Part shown: positions 22,635 through 30,691 of the stretch, one piece after another
Layout: every line of letters begins with the position of its first letter
Numbering within the stretch: the stretch's first letter is position 1
Assembly (NCBI RefSeq): GCF_008065095.1
Contig: NZ_CP042911.1
Span: forward strand, 150,001-182,000
Reading direction: 5' to 3'
From: Gemmata obscuriglobus
GTDB lineage: Bacteria; Planctomycetota; Planctomycetia; Gemmatales; Gemmataceae
Length of the DNA stretch: 32,000 bases
The notes under the pieces: model-generated
Seen by the model: only the letters and a program-made list of their open reading frames with translations
Told to the model about the DNA's origin: nothing
Database searches by the model: none
Position numbers and translations under genes: made by a program

Positions 22635-24614
22635 ATGACCCGCAAACTGATTCTCGCCGCCGCTGCGGTAATCCTGAGCGCGACGCCGGCGCTCGCTCAA
22701 CTGGACGCCGAGCCGAAACAGCCCTACGTCTGGCGGGTAGTGGTCTCGGTGAAGCCCCACCCGCTGCTGACACCCGAGTTCCGCGAGCGCCTCAAGCGGG
22801 ATGTGCTCGCCGCTCTCCAACCCGGGCTGGGCGCTCTCGGCACGGTCGAGGTGGTCGATCTCGCGGCACGCGCGCGCGCCGGAGACACGCTGCTACAGCA
22901 GTTCGACGACAAGGGGTTCGCGGCGCTCGACGCACCGCGCGACCTGACCGGTGCGAAGACGCACTTCCTGAGGGTCGAGCACCGCGACGGACGAATCTAC
23001 CTCGCGGCGCGCCAGTACGACGGCTTTACCGGCCTGTCATCGCCGCTGGTCCGCACGCAAACGATCCGGGCACCGGAGTTGGCCGGGCGCACCGCCGGGC
23101 TGATGCTCGACCGCGATTTCGGCCCGGTCGGCACCGTCGAACCGGTCGTCGGCAGGCCCGACGAGGCGCGCCTGTTGGTCCGGGGCGCCGGGTTAGGGTC
23201 GGTCAAGGGTGTTGTGCGGACCGGAGACGTGTTTGCGGTGGCGGCGGTGCGGAAGACCAACCGCCCGGCCCCGGTCGTCCGGACGGCGACGGGGAAAATC
23301 GTTGAACCCCCGCCCGGCTCGGTCCCGCCCCCGGGGCTCACTTCGACGCCGCGCGACTTTACCCTGCTGAAGGTGCTCGACGTGGGGGCCGACGGGAGCT
23401 GCCGCTGCGCCGTACTCACGCGGTACCAGAACGCCATGCCGGTGACCGGCGGCGTGATCGGGTACCGCGCCATGAAGCTCGGGACGATCAGCGCGCCGGT
23501 CGCGGTGCGGCTGGCGAGTACCGACGGCGTGGTGTACAAGACCGCGTCGGCGGTCAGCGTGCGTGCCAGTGACCGCGCCTTCAGCACGGGTGGCGACCCG
23601 TCGGAGGTGTGCGCGTTCGATAACGCGACGTACCAGTTCCGGTCGCAGCGACCGCTGGCCAACGTGGCGTGCGTCACGGTGGCGCTCGGGCCGTCGCAGG
23701 CCAAACAGTTCCCGGTGCCGATCCTCAGCGACGACCCGGTGACGATCCCGTTCGACATCGACCCCGCGAAGGAGGAGCGGGCGGCGTTCGAGCGGGCCGT
23801 CCTCAAGACGGCGACCGAAGCGGCGGACGCGCGGCAGGCCCAGTCCGTGTGCTTCGAGGCGGTCGCGAACCTCATTAGTAAGCAGAAGAACGCCGACGCG
23901 CTGGCCCGCGCCGAGGACGGGTTCAAAGCGGCCGACGCGGCGGACAAGTCCCTGAGTGACGAGCTGGCGCGGCTCAAAGAGCAGGCGCCGCGCGTGCAGA
24001 AGGCCGACAACGTCGACGCCATCCTGGCGAAGGCGGAACAGAACCTCGCGGCCCTGCGGACGTACAATGCGCAACTGGCCGGGCACCGGGACAAGATCGC
24101 GAAGGTGGTGGCGCGGGAGAACGACCCGTCCGTCGCGGCCAAGGAGGCCCACGCCGAGGCGATTAACGCCCGCATCGCGCTGCTGCTCGCCCGCGGGGAC
24201 GTGGACGAGGCGCTCGCGGCTTACGACCAACTGGCGTTCCTGATCCCGGGCGACGCGGACGTGAAGGCCCGCAAGGACAAGCTCGCGGCCGAGTGGAAAG
24301 TGAAGGACGAGGCGCACCAGAAGGCCCGCGACTACCTGCTGAAGACGTGGCCCGGGGTGCAGACGGTCGCGGACTTCCGGGACAGCCTCCCGCTGATCCG
24401 GAACGCGGTGGACGAGTGCAAGAAGCACAAGGACACCTGGACCATGCGCAAACTGCTGACCGTCTTCAGTACGGCGGTGGTGAAGTTGAACGAACTGGTC
24501 GCGCAACTGGACCCGGCGAGCGATGCCGACAAGAAGCTGCTGGCCGACGCGAACCAGGTCGGCAAGGCGATGGCCGCGCTGGAGCAAGAGGTGCGGAAAG
24601 CGTCCGGGGAGTAG
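22635..24614 (+). CDS. Secreted hypothetical protein (659 aa): beta-rich N-terminal half, alpha-helical/coiled-coil C-terminal half
   Basis: ATG at 22635 is preceded by GGAG. The signal peptide is MTRKLILAAAAVILSATPALAQ. GC3 stays high throughout. I recognise no family motif. The gene is divergent from the metalloprotease gene across a 138-bp spacer. Confidence 0.75.
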   Translation: MTRKLILAAAAVILSATPALAQLDAEPKQPYVWRVVVSVKPHPLLTPEFRERLKRDVLAALQPGLGALGTVEVVDLAARARAGDTLLQQFDDKGFAALDAPRDLTGAKTHFLRVEHRDGRIYLAARQYDGFTGLSSPLVRTQTIRAPELAGRTAGLMLDRDFGPVGTVEPVVGRPDEARLLVRGAGLGSVKGVVRTGDVFAVAAVRKTNRPAPVVRTATGKIVEPPPGSVPPPGLTSTPRDFTLLKVLDVGADGSCRCAVLTRYQNAMPVTGGVIGYRAMKLGTISAPVAVRLASTDGVVYKTASAVSVRASDRAFSTGGDPSEVCAFDNATYQFRSQRPLANVACVTVALGPSQAKQFPVPILSDDPVTIPFDIDPAKEERAAFERAVLKTATEAADARQAQSVCFEAVANLISKQKNADALARAEDGFKAADAADKSLSDELARLKEQAPRVQKADNVDAILAKAEQNLAALRTYNAQLAGHRDKIAKVVARENDPSVAAKEAHAEAINARIALLLARGDVDEALAAYDQLAFLIPGDADVKARKDKLAAEWKVKDEAHQKARDYLLKTWPGVQTVADFRDSLPLIRNAVDECKKHKDTWTMRKLLTVFSTAVVKLNELVAQLDPASDADKKLLADANQVGKAMAALEQEVRKASGE

Positions 24615-24627
24615 CCGTGATGAACGG

Positions 24628-24661
24628 AGCGGCGGGGAGCGATCGTTTCGCCCCCGCCGCT
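24628..24661. terminator. Hairpin between convergent genes (bidirectional terminator candidate)
   Basis: AGCGGCGGGG (24628-24637) pairs with CCCCGCCGCT (24652-24661). The stem extends inward through GCGA/TCGC with one bulge. It lies between the stops at 24614 (+) and 24669 (-). Confidence 0.5.
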
Positions 24662-24668
24662 TCTCGCG

Positions 24669-25808
24669 TTACGGCTTGAACCCGTAGAACCGGAGGTCGA
24701 TGAAATACGGGTTGTTGTAGCCCCGGGTCTTTGACGGGACCTTGGCCCGCTCCTTCTGGATGGCGGTCATGAACTGGAGGATGGTGTCCTCCACCTTCGG
24801 GTTCCCGTTACCGAGCAGCTTCACCCCGCTCAACTGCTGGGCGCCTTTGACCTCCGTGAGGAACGTCTGATCGAGCGGCTTCAGCCCGGACGTCTTTTTC
24901 GGGTTGGCGACCAACACTTCGTTAAAGAAGAACTCGCCCTGCTTCTTCCCGGCGGCGTCCTTGTCGGCGTACAGGAACAGCATCGGGTTGAACTCGCGGA
25001 TCTTGGACGAGTAGGTGGACACCCACTGCTTGACCAGCGTGTCGGGTACGGACGCGGGGCGGCTCGGGCTGAGCCAGATGGCGCCGGCGAAGTCCTGCCC
25101 GCCCTCGTTCGGGAACGCGCCGGTGAGCCGCTGCGGCACGAACTCGTAGCCGGCCACGTTCAGGCCCAACAGTCCGGGGGCCGGGAACACGGCCGGGCGC
25201 TGCCACTCGGTGGTCAGCCACGCCATCCCCAGGGTCGCCGCGTCGCCGGCCCCGAGCAGGTAAATGGAGCTGGTGTTGATCGTCCGGTTGTCGTTCTTCG
25301 TGTCCAGGTGGAGCCGCACCGCGGCGAGGTCGTTGAGGTACACCGGGAAGTACCGCTCCGCCCGGGTCAGGTCCTTGACGAACAGCTCGTTTTTGACCGG
25401 CTTGCGGGGCGGGCCGCCCCGGATGTAGGCGTTGAAGTTGCCGGGGCCGTTCAGGTACGAGTTCTCCCAGAACCGGCGCGTGTCCTTGATGTCGTTGCTC
25501 TTGCCGTGCCCGCGCCAGTCGAACCGGAACACGTGGTAGCCGTTTTTGTTGAGCAACTGCGCGAGCCCGACCCAGTCGCCCTTGGTCATGTCCCGGTCCG
25601 CGCCGGGCGGGTACATGAACACCACCACCGGGGCCGCGCCGGCGTTCTTGTCGGTGGCGTGGAACACGCCCTTGAGCTGCACCCCGTCGGCGGTGAGGAA
25701 CGACTCTTCTTCGGGCGGCGCGGGCTGGGCCGCCGCGCGCGGCGCGCTCACGGACGCCAAGCCGATGGCGGCGAACAGCACAACCGGGGCCGCTAACCAG
25801 CGTCGCAT
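24669..25808 (-). CDS. Secreted alpha/beta-hydrolase-fold protein lacking an obvious GxSxG nucleophile elbow
   Basis: The signal peptide is MRRWLAAPVVLFAAIGLASVSAPRAAAQ. The hydrolase-fold pattern is PVVVFMYPPGADRD...NGYHVFRFDWRGHGKS. The expected elbow position reads IYLLGAGDAATLG. ATG at 25808 is preferred to the long track ORF (to 26093). Confidence 0.7.
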   Translation of the reverse strand: MRRWLAAPVVLFAAIGLASVSAPRAAAQPAPPEEESFLTADGVQLKGVFHATDKNAGAAPVVVFMYPPGADRDMTKGDWVGLAQLLNKNGYHVFRFDWRGHGKSNDIKDTRRFWENSYLNGPGNFNAYIRGGPPRKPVKNELFVKDLTRAERYFPVYLNDLAAVRLHLDTKNDNRTINTSSIYLLGAGDAATLGMAWLTTEWQRPAVFPAPGLLGLNVAGYEFVPQRLTGAFPNEGGQDFAGAIWLSPSRPASVPDTLVKQWVSTYSSKIREFNPMLFLYADKDAAGKKQGEFFFNEVLVANPKKTSGLKPLDQTFLTEVKGAQQLSGVKLLGNGNPKVEDTILQFMTAIQKERAKVPSKTRGYNNPYFIDLRFYGFKP

Positions 25809-26122
25809 GACCAGTCCTCGTCGGCGAAGTGGGAGGGAGCGATACGTGAGGAACGTACCCCGATCATACGTCGTTGGCGCGCGCGATGCCAGAGGGGCGG
25901 CACAGGGGGGAACGGCGGAAGGGCACGCCACAAGGGCTCCCGAAGGAGCCCGAAAACACGCCACGAGGCGCGAATGAAGTGGACGGCGAGAACTCGGAGG
26001 GGACGTGCGCCGCTGGTACCGCCGACGCACGCCCCAGATGTCCGCTCTCGAAACTCGTTGCGCCTCGCTTGGTGCGGCTTCGTGTTCCCTCACCGCTTTT
26101 ACGGAGTACGTTCGGCTTTCCG

Positions 26123-27031
26123 CTACCCCATGAACTGCTCCAGGAACTTACGGCTCTGCCGCAGCGCCCGCTGGCGGGCGGCGAGCGAGCCTTCGTACGC
26201 GCGGTCCTCGACTTCGATGCACACCGGGCCGTCGTACCCGGTGTCGGTGAGGGCCGCGAAGAACTCGCTCCACTTCACGTCCCCCAGCCCGGGCAGCTTC
26301 GGCACGTGCCAGCCCAACCCCATCACCCCCACGTCGTGCAACCGGGCGTGGTCGATGCGCTCGTCCTTGGCGTGTGCGTGAACGATCCGCGGGCCGAACT
26401 CCCGGACCGCTTTCGCGCAGTCGATCGACTGCCAGATCAGGTGCGAGGGGTCGAAGTTGAGGCCCAGCGGCGCGTCGGGGAACATTTCGAACAGCCGCCG
26501 CCAGTGCGCCGGACACGACGCCAGGTTTTTGCCGCCGGGCCACTCGTCGGCGCTGAACAGCATCGGGCAGTGCTCGATACCGATTTTCACCCCGGCGCGG
26601 CGGGCCGCGTCCAGGATCGGCGGCCACACCTGCTTCACCAGCTCGAAGTTCGCCTCGACCGTCCCGGTCGGGTCGCGCCCGATGAACGTGTTCACCACCC
26701 CCACCCCGAGCTTCGCCGCCGCCTCGATCACCTTGATGAGGTGGTCGCTCACCAGCGCGCGGTGGGCCGGGTCCGGGTCCAACGGGTTCGGGTAGTAGCC
26801 GAGCCCCGACACGGCGACCCGGTGGATGCGGAGCAGGTCCTGAACGCCCGTTACGGTCGCGGCGCTGAAATCGGTGACATCGAGGTGCGTCACACCCGCG
26901 TACCGGCGGTCGGCCTTTCCGGGCGGCCAGCACATGAGCTCGACGCACGCGAACCCCTCGTCTGCCGCGAACGCCAACACTTGCTCCAGCGGCAAGTCGC
27001 CGAGAATGGCCGAGACGAAGCCCAGTTGCAT
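26123..27031 (-). CDS. Sugar phosphate isomerase/epimerase (xylose-isomerase-like TIM barrel)
   Basis: MQLGFVSAILGDLPLEQVLAFAADEGFACVEL..., VKIGIEHCP, LGLNFDPSHL, IVHAHAKD and PVCIEVED are typical AP-endonuclease-2/xylose-isomerase-like barrel motifs. The upstream part of the track ORF (27032-27574) is antisense to the BON gene and was rejected. Confidence 0.85.
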   Translation of the reverse strand: MQLGFVSAILGDLPLEQVLAFAADEGFACVELMCWPPGKADRRYAGVTHLDVTDFSAATVTGVQDLLRIHRVAVSGLGYYPNPLDPDPAHRALVSDHLIKVIEAAAKLGVGVVNTFIGRDPTGTVEANFELVKQVWPPILDAARRAGVKIGIEHCPMLFSADEWPGGKNLASCPAHWRRLFEMFPDAPLGLNFDPSHLIWQSIDCAKAVREFGPRIVHAHAKDERIDHARLHDVGVMGLGWHVPKLPGLGDVKWSEFFAALTDTGYDGPVCIEVEDRAYEGSLAARQRALRQSRKFLEQFMG

Positions 27032-27248
27032 CGGAACTCCAAAAATGGCGAGTGGGGTGTTTGTCTTTGAGGCCGGAGGGCCGCCACCGAAGGGGATGCC
27101 GCCCTGTAACCGCGCTCTCGGGCCGGAGATTACTCGCTTTCTCATCACCGGATCGCTGGACTGGCCCGCGCCGGCGGTCGATAATACCGGCACTGATGTT
27201 GCGGCCCGCAGCATACCACCGCGAACCACAAATGATAAGGGAGAGCCG

Positions 27249-28031
27249 ATGAGCGGACTGAAGGCTTGGGCCTGCGCGGTCGTGTTCGCGGCGTCGGCCG
27301 CTCCGGCATTCGCCCAAATCTCGGGCGGGTCTGGTTTGACCGGGGGAACGGGTTCGACCGGGACGACCCGAACGACGACCGGCACCGGCAGCATTTCCAG
27401 CGGGAGTACGACCGGGACCAGCACGACCGGGACCAGCAGCACGAGCGGGTCCAGCAGCACCGACGCTTTGAACTCGAGCGCGCTGGAGAGCCTGCAACAG
27501 CAGAACTTGCAGTTTACGGACATCGGCATCACCACCGGCACCAGCACGCTCCAGAAGTCGAACGTGTTCAGCACCTTCTACGGGAACCCGTACGCACTTG
27601 GGATCTCTTCCACGAGCGGCGGCGGTGGGTTCGGGTCGCCACTGTTCGGTGCCACGACCACGAGCACGACCGGCCGCACGGGAACCAGTACGACCGGCCG
27701 CACAACCGGCCGCACGGGAACGACCGGCTCGACGCAGAGCGGCATTTTGATCCCCCTGCCGGTGCAGATCAATTACACGGCGCAGTTGCAGTTCCCGGCG
27801 GCGCCGGTGGCCCCCCCCCGGCTGAACGCCGAACTGCGCGGCGCCATTGATACGAGCGGGCTGGCGAACCCCACCTCGGTGCAGGTCGTCGTCGACGCGA
27901 ACAACAACGTTACGCTCAGGGGCACCGTGCGAGATGACGACGAGAAGCGACTTGCCGAAGGGCTGATCCGACTCACCCCGGGCGTCCGCGCCATCACCAA
28001 CGAGCTGACCTACCCGGTTACGCCGAAGTAG
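27249..28031 (+). CDS. Secreted Thr/Gly/Ser-rich protein with a C-terminal BON domain
   Basis: ATG at 27249 is preceded by GGGAGAG. The signal peptide is MSGLKAWACAVVFAASAAPAFAQ. A long T/G/S low-complexity region follows. The C-terminus VQVVVDANNNVTLRGTVRDDDEKRLAEGLIRLTPGVRAITNEL fits the BON pattern. Confidence 0.8.
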   Translation: MSGLKAWACAVVFAASAAPAFAQISGGSGLTGGTGSTGTTRTTTGTGSISSGSTTGTSTTGTSSTSGSSSTDALNSSALESLQQQNLQFTDIGITTGTSTLQKSNVFSTFYGNPYALGISSTSGGGGFGSPLFGATTTSTTGRTGTSTTGRTTGRTGTTGSTQSGILIPLPVQINYTAQLQFPAAPVAPPRLNAELRGAIDTSGLANPTSVQVVVDANNNVTLRGTVRDDDEKRLAEGLIRLTPGVRAITNELTYPVTPK

Positions 28032-28052
28032 CGGACGAACGGAAAAACGCCG

Positions 28053-28087
28053 CGGCCCGCGAACAGGGTGTTCGCGGGCCGTTTTTT
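28053..28087 (+). terminator. Rho-independent terminator after the BON-domain gene
   Basis: A 13-bp stem (28053-28065 / 28069-28081) has a GGG loop and is followed by TTTTTT (28082-28087). An A-run upstream (28043-28047) makes it look bidirectional. Confidence 0.8.
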
Positions 28088-28151
28088 GTTTGCTTCGGGT
28101 GAATATGATACTGGATAGGAGCTATTTCGTACCCGATGCGGCAGACCAATC

Positions 28152-28574
28152 ATGGCGGGCATAAACCCGTATATTCAGAAGGCTTCGGCGCAGAAGGCCG
28201 CCCAGCCGTTCAAAGTCACGTTCGTGGACGAGGCGACGGGTAAGAGCACCGAAGTGGTGGTGGACCCGGCGACGTTTCCGTTCGGTAATATCGGTTTGGA
28301 CGGAAGCGTGCTCGACATCGCCGACGGCGCCGGGATCGAGATTAACCACTCGTGCGGCGGCGTGTGCGCGTGTTCGACGTGCCACGTTCACGTTCAAAAA
28401 GGTGGGAGCAGTTGCTCAAACGCGACCGATGACGAAGAGGACGAACTGGATCAGGCTCCGGCGCTGTCGCCGGACTCGCGGCTGGCGTGTCAGTGTGTTC
28501 CCAACGGAACGCAAGATCTGATCGTGCTGATCCCGAAATGGAACCGGAACGAAGTGAAGGAAGGCCACCATTAG
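28152..28574 (+). CDS. fdx: ISC-type (adrenodoxin-like) [2Fe-2S] ferredoxin
   Basis: GIEINHSCGGVCACSTCHVHV...DDEEDELDQAPALSPDSRLACQC aligns by eye with E. coli Fdx ([20 protein letters not shown]...EDDMLDKAWGLEPESRLSCQ). The Cys ligand spacing is Cx5Cx2C...C. Confidence 0.88.
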   Translation: MAGINPYIQKASAQKAAQPFKVTFVDEATGKSTEVVVDPATFPFGNIGLDGSVLDIADGAGIEINHSCGGVCACSTCHVHVQKGGSSCSNATDDEEDELDQAPALSPDSRLACQCVPNGTQDLIVLIPKWNRNEVKEGHH

Positions 28575-28693
28575 GCCGGTGCCGGCGCGCGACTGCCCTT
28601 TTTTCCGTCCCGACGTGGGGCTAGACTTCCTGACCGGTGCGTCCCGGTGCTGAGTTTCGGGCGCGACACGGCTCCGGCCGCGGAAGGATTCTC

Positions 28694-29434
28694 ATGGCCA
28701 CCGCCCCACCCAGCCCGAACGATTTGACGCGCCAGCAGCTTGATGAACTCGATGCCCTACTTCAGAAGATGCTGACGGTGCCGCTGGCGCCGGTCGATCC
28801 GCCGACCCAGACGGCACCTTTGCCCCCGCCGGTCCAACCGCCGGGGCCACCAAACTGGCGCCCGGAACCGCCGGTTCCGGCACCGTCTTTGGCTCATCTC
28901 GCGACGACTCAACCGCCCGCGACGCTCAAGTTTGAGCCGCCGGCGGTACAGACGCCTCCACCGCCCCCCACGCCGGTCGCGAAGGCGTCCCCCGCGCCCG
29001 CTCCGGCCCCGACACCTGTGCCGAAGCCGGTGGCCGCGGCTCCTGCGCCGAAGGCTCCACCGACGCCAGCGCCGAAGAGCGCTCCTGCACCGGCGGCGTC
29101 CGCACCGAAGCAAACGGTTCCGTCTCCAACGTTTCCGGCGTCGAAGGTTACTCCCGTTCCGGTGCCGAAGCCCGCGGCGCCACCAACGCCGGCTCCGGCA
29201 CCTTCGGGGGCGGACGTTCCGGTGCCGCTTGCCGCGATCCCGTTCGTCGCTCTCAACGGTTTGTTCGACGGCATTTGCGAACTGTTCGGCCCGCCCGGCC
29301 GGCTCTTCCGTTCCGGTTTCTTCAAGAACCTGTACGGCTTCGCCGGGCTAGGGTTAATCGTGTACACCGGCTTGCACGTCGCACAATCGCAGGGGTGGTT
29401 GTCGCTGCCGGTGCAACTGCCCTGGCCGAAGTAG
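28694..29434 (+). CDS. Proline-rich hypothetical protein with a C-terminal hydrophobic segment
   Basis: ATG at 28694 is preceded by GGAAGGA. A short helical N-terminus (LTRQQLDELDALLQKML) is followed by ~150 aa of PAP/PKP repeats. The C-terminus is FFKNLYGFAGLGLIVYTGLHV. Low complexity makes the call less secure. Confidence 0.55.
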   Translation: MATAPPSPNDLTRQQLDELDALLQKMLTVPLAPVDPPTQTAPLPPPVQPPGPPNWRPEPPVPAPSLAHLATTQPPATLKFEPPAVQTPPPPPTPVAKASPAPAPAPTPVPKPVAAAPAPKAPPTPAPKSAPAPAASAPKQTVPSPTFPASKVTPVPVPKPAAPPTPAPAPSGADVPVPLAAIPFVALNGLFDGICELFGPPGRLFRSGFFKNLYGFAGLGLIVYTGLHVAQSQGWLSLPVQLPWPK

Positions 29435-29483
29435 TGCCGCTTTCCGCAGGGTGAGGCGCGTCGCAGCGGCGTTGTCAGACGCC

Positions 29484-29536
29484 GACGAGGGCTCGTGAGT
29501 GAGGGCAACCGTCACCTTCACTCACGAGCCCTCGTC
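29484..29536. terminator. 22-bp stem hairpin between convergent genes (bidirectional terminator candidate)
   Basis: GACGAGGGCTCGTGAGTGA (29484-29502) pairs perfectly with TCACTCACGAGCCCTCGTC (29518-29536). Three more pairs extend the stem inward, one of them G-U. The loop is 9 nt. The hairpin ends 7 nt from the stop of the minus-strand gene. Confidence 0.6.
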
Positions 29537-29542
29537 ATTCGG

Positions 29543-30595
29543 TCACTTTACCGGCGGTAGCCCCAGCACCTCCACCGCGCGCTTGCCGGTCGGGGTTTCG
29601 GCGTCCATCTTCGTGCCCGGTTCCTGGTGCTTCCACTTCAAATAGCCCAGCGCGATTGGGGCGCCGAGTCGCGGCGAATCGCAACTCGATGTCACCAGCC
29701 CGACCTCGGCACCGTCGCGAAAGAGTTTCGTGCCGGCGGGCAGCGGCCCGCCTTCCAGAACCTTTACACCCAGAAACGCACGGTTCACGTGACCGGCGCG
29801 GTCGCGGGCCATCACGATCGGCTCCTGGCCCAGGTAGCACCCCTTCGAGTAGCTGACCGCGCGGGGCGCGAAGCCCACCTCCATCACGAAGCGGTTCTCG
29901 TCGATGTCCTTGCCGAACACCGGCGCCCCGGCCTCGATGCGGAGCGTCTCGAACACGTCGGGGCCGGCGGGCACCGCACCGGCGGCCGACAGCAGCCGCC
30001 GCACGCCGTCGGCCACGTCGGTGCGGCAAACGATATCGAAACCGGGCACGCCGAGCTGGTCACGCCGCCGCAGAGAGCACGTCGCGGTGCCGCCGAACGT
30101 CCGTTCCATGTGGGCGAATGGGGGCAGGTCCGGCACCGGTTCGCCGAGTGCCGTACCGAGGACCGCCGCCGCGCCCGGGCCGGCGAGGTGGAGCTGCGCG
30201 AAGTCCGCGGTGCGGTCCGCGATTTCGACCTGTTCGGAAATGAGGTAGCGGTCGAGGTACTGCACCAGTTCCGTGTTGCGGCCGGCGGTGGTTTCGACCC
30301 ACATCGCGTGCCGGCCGTCGCTCAGCCGGATGTGGTAGATCCAGGTCTGGAACTTGACCTTGGCCCGCGGGTCGCAAAAGTACGCCTCACACCCGCCGCC
30401 GAGCGGGAGCTCCTTGGTGTCGTTGGTGCTCAGGTTGCCGAGGAACATCGGCGCGTCCGGCCCGGTCAGCACGAGCTTCGCCGCGGCCGACGTGTCGAAC
30501 AGCGCCGCGCCGGTGACGGCGGCCTGGTACTCGGGCGGGCCGGACAGTGTGGAGGCAAGGTTCATCGCGCGGGTCCGTAGGTCTGTTGGCGTCAC
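29543..30595 (-). CDS. ygfZ: YgfZ/CAF17-type folate-binding protein (GcvT-fold, Fe-S cluster maintenance family)
   Basis: The signature SYSKGCYLGQEPIVMARDRG matches the KGC[YF]xGQE motif of YgfZ. The N-terminal KLVLTGPDAPMFLGNLSTNDTKEL fits the family. The start is either GTG 30595 or ATG 30565. Confidence 0.8.
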   Translation of the reverse strand: MTPTDLRTRAMNLASTLSGPPEYQAAVTGAALFDTSAAAKLVLTGPDAPMFLGNLSTNDTKELPLGGGCEAYFCDPRAKVKFQTWIYHIRLSDGRHAMWVETTAGRNTELVQYLDRYLISEQVEIADRTADFAQLHLAGPGAAAVLGTALGEPVPDLPPFAHMERTFGGTATCSLRRRDQLGVPGFDIVCRTDVADGVRRLLSAAGAVPAGPDVFETLRIEAGAPVFGKDIDENRFVMEVGFAPRAVSYSKGCYLGQEPIVMARDRAGHVNRAFLGVKVLEGGPLPAGTKLFRDGAEVGLVTSSCDSPRLGAPIALGYLKWKHQEPGTKMDAETPTGKRAVEVLGLPPVK

Positions 30596-30691
30596 ACGAG
30601 ATTTTACGCACGCGGCCGAAAAAGCGGCCGCGCCATGTGTGCGAAGGTGTACTAGGGTTCGGACACGCCCGTTCCCTTTTCGTGGTCGCTT

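Noticed and set aside
22497-22820. N-terminal 108 codons of track ORF 20745-22820, and codons 1-70 of track ORF 22425-24614
   Set aside because: Both extensions overlap each other in the divergent promoter region and have non-coding-like composition. Internal ATGs at 22496 and 22635 give an RBS plus classical signal peptides.
21147-24587. ORFs 21147-22253 (+), 22997-24175 (-) and 23193-24587 (-) opposite the metalloprotease and the 659-aa secreted protein genes
   Set aside because: They are antisense shadows with Arg/Leu/Gly/Val-biased composition. The chosen frames have an RBS, signal peptides and, for the protease, catalytic motifs.
25874-27574. ORFs 25874-27070 (+), 26148-27497 (-), and the N-terminal 181 codons of track ORF 26123-27574 (-)
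   Set aside because: The TIM-barrel protein is complete from ATG 27031. The 27032-27574 extension is antisense to the BON-domain gene and reads as PVV/PVE low complexity. The other two are off-frame shadows.
29627-30580. 317-aa plus-strand ORF opposite ygfZ
   Set aside because: It is an antisense shadow. The minus strand carries the KGCYLGQE YgfZ signature.
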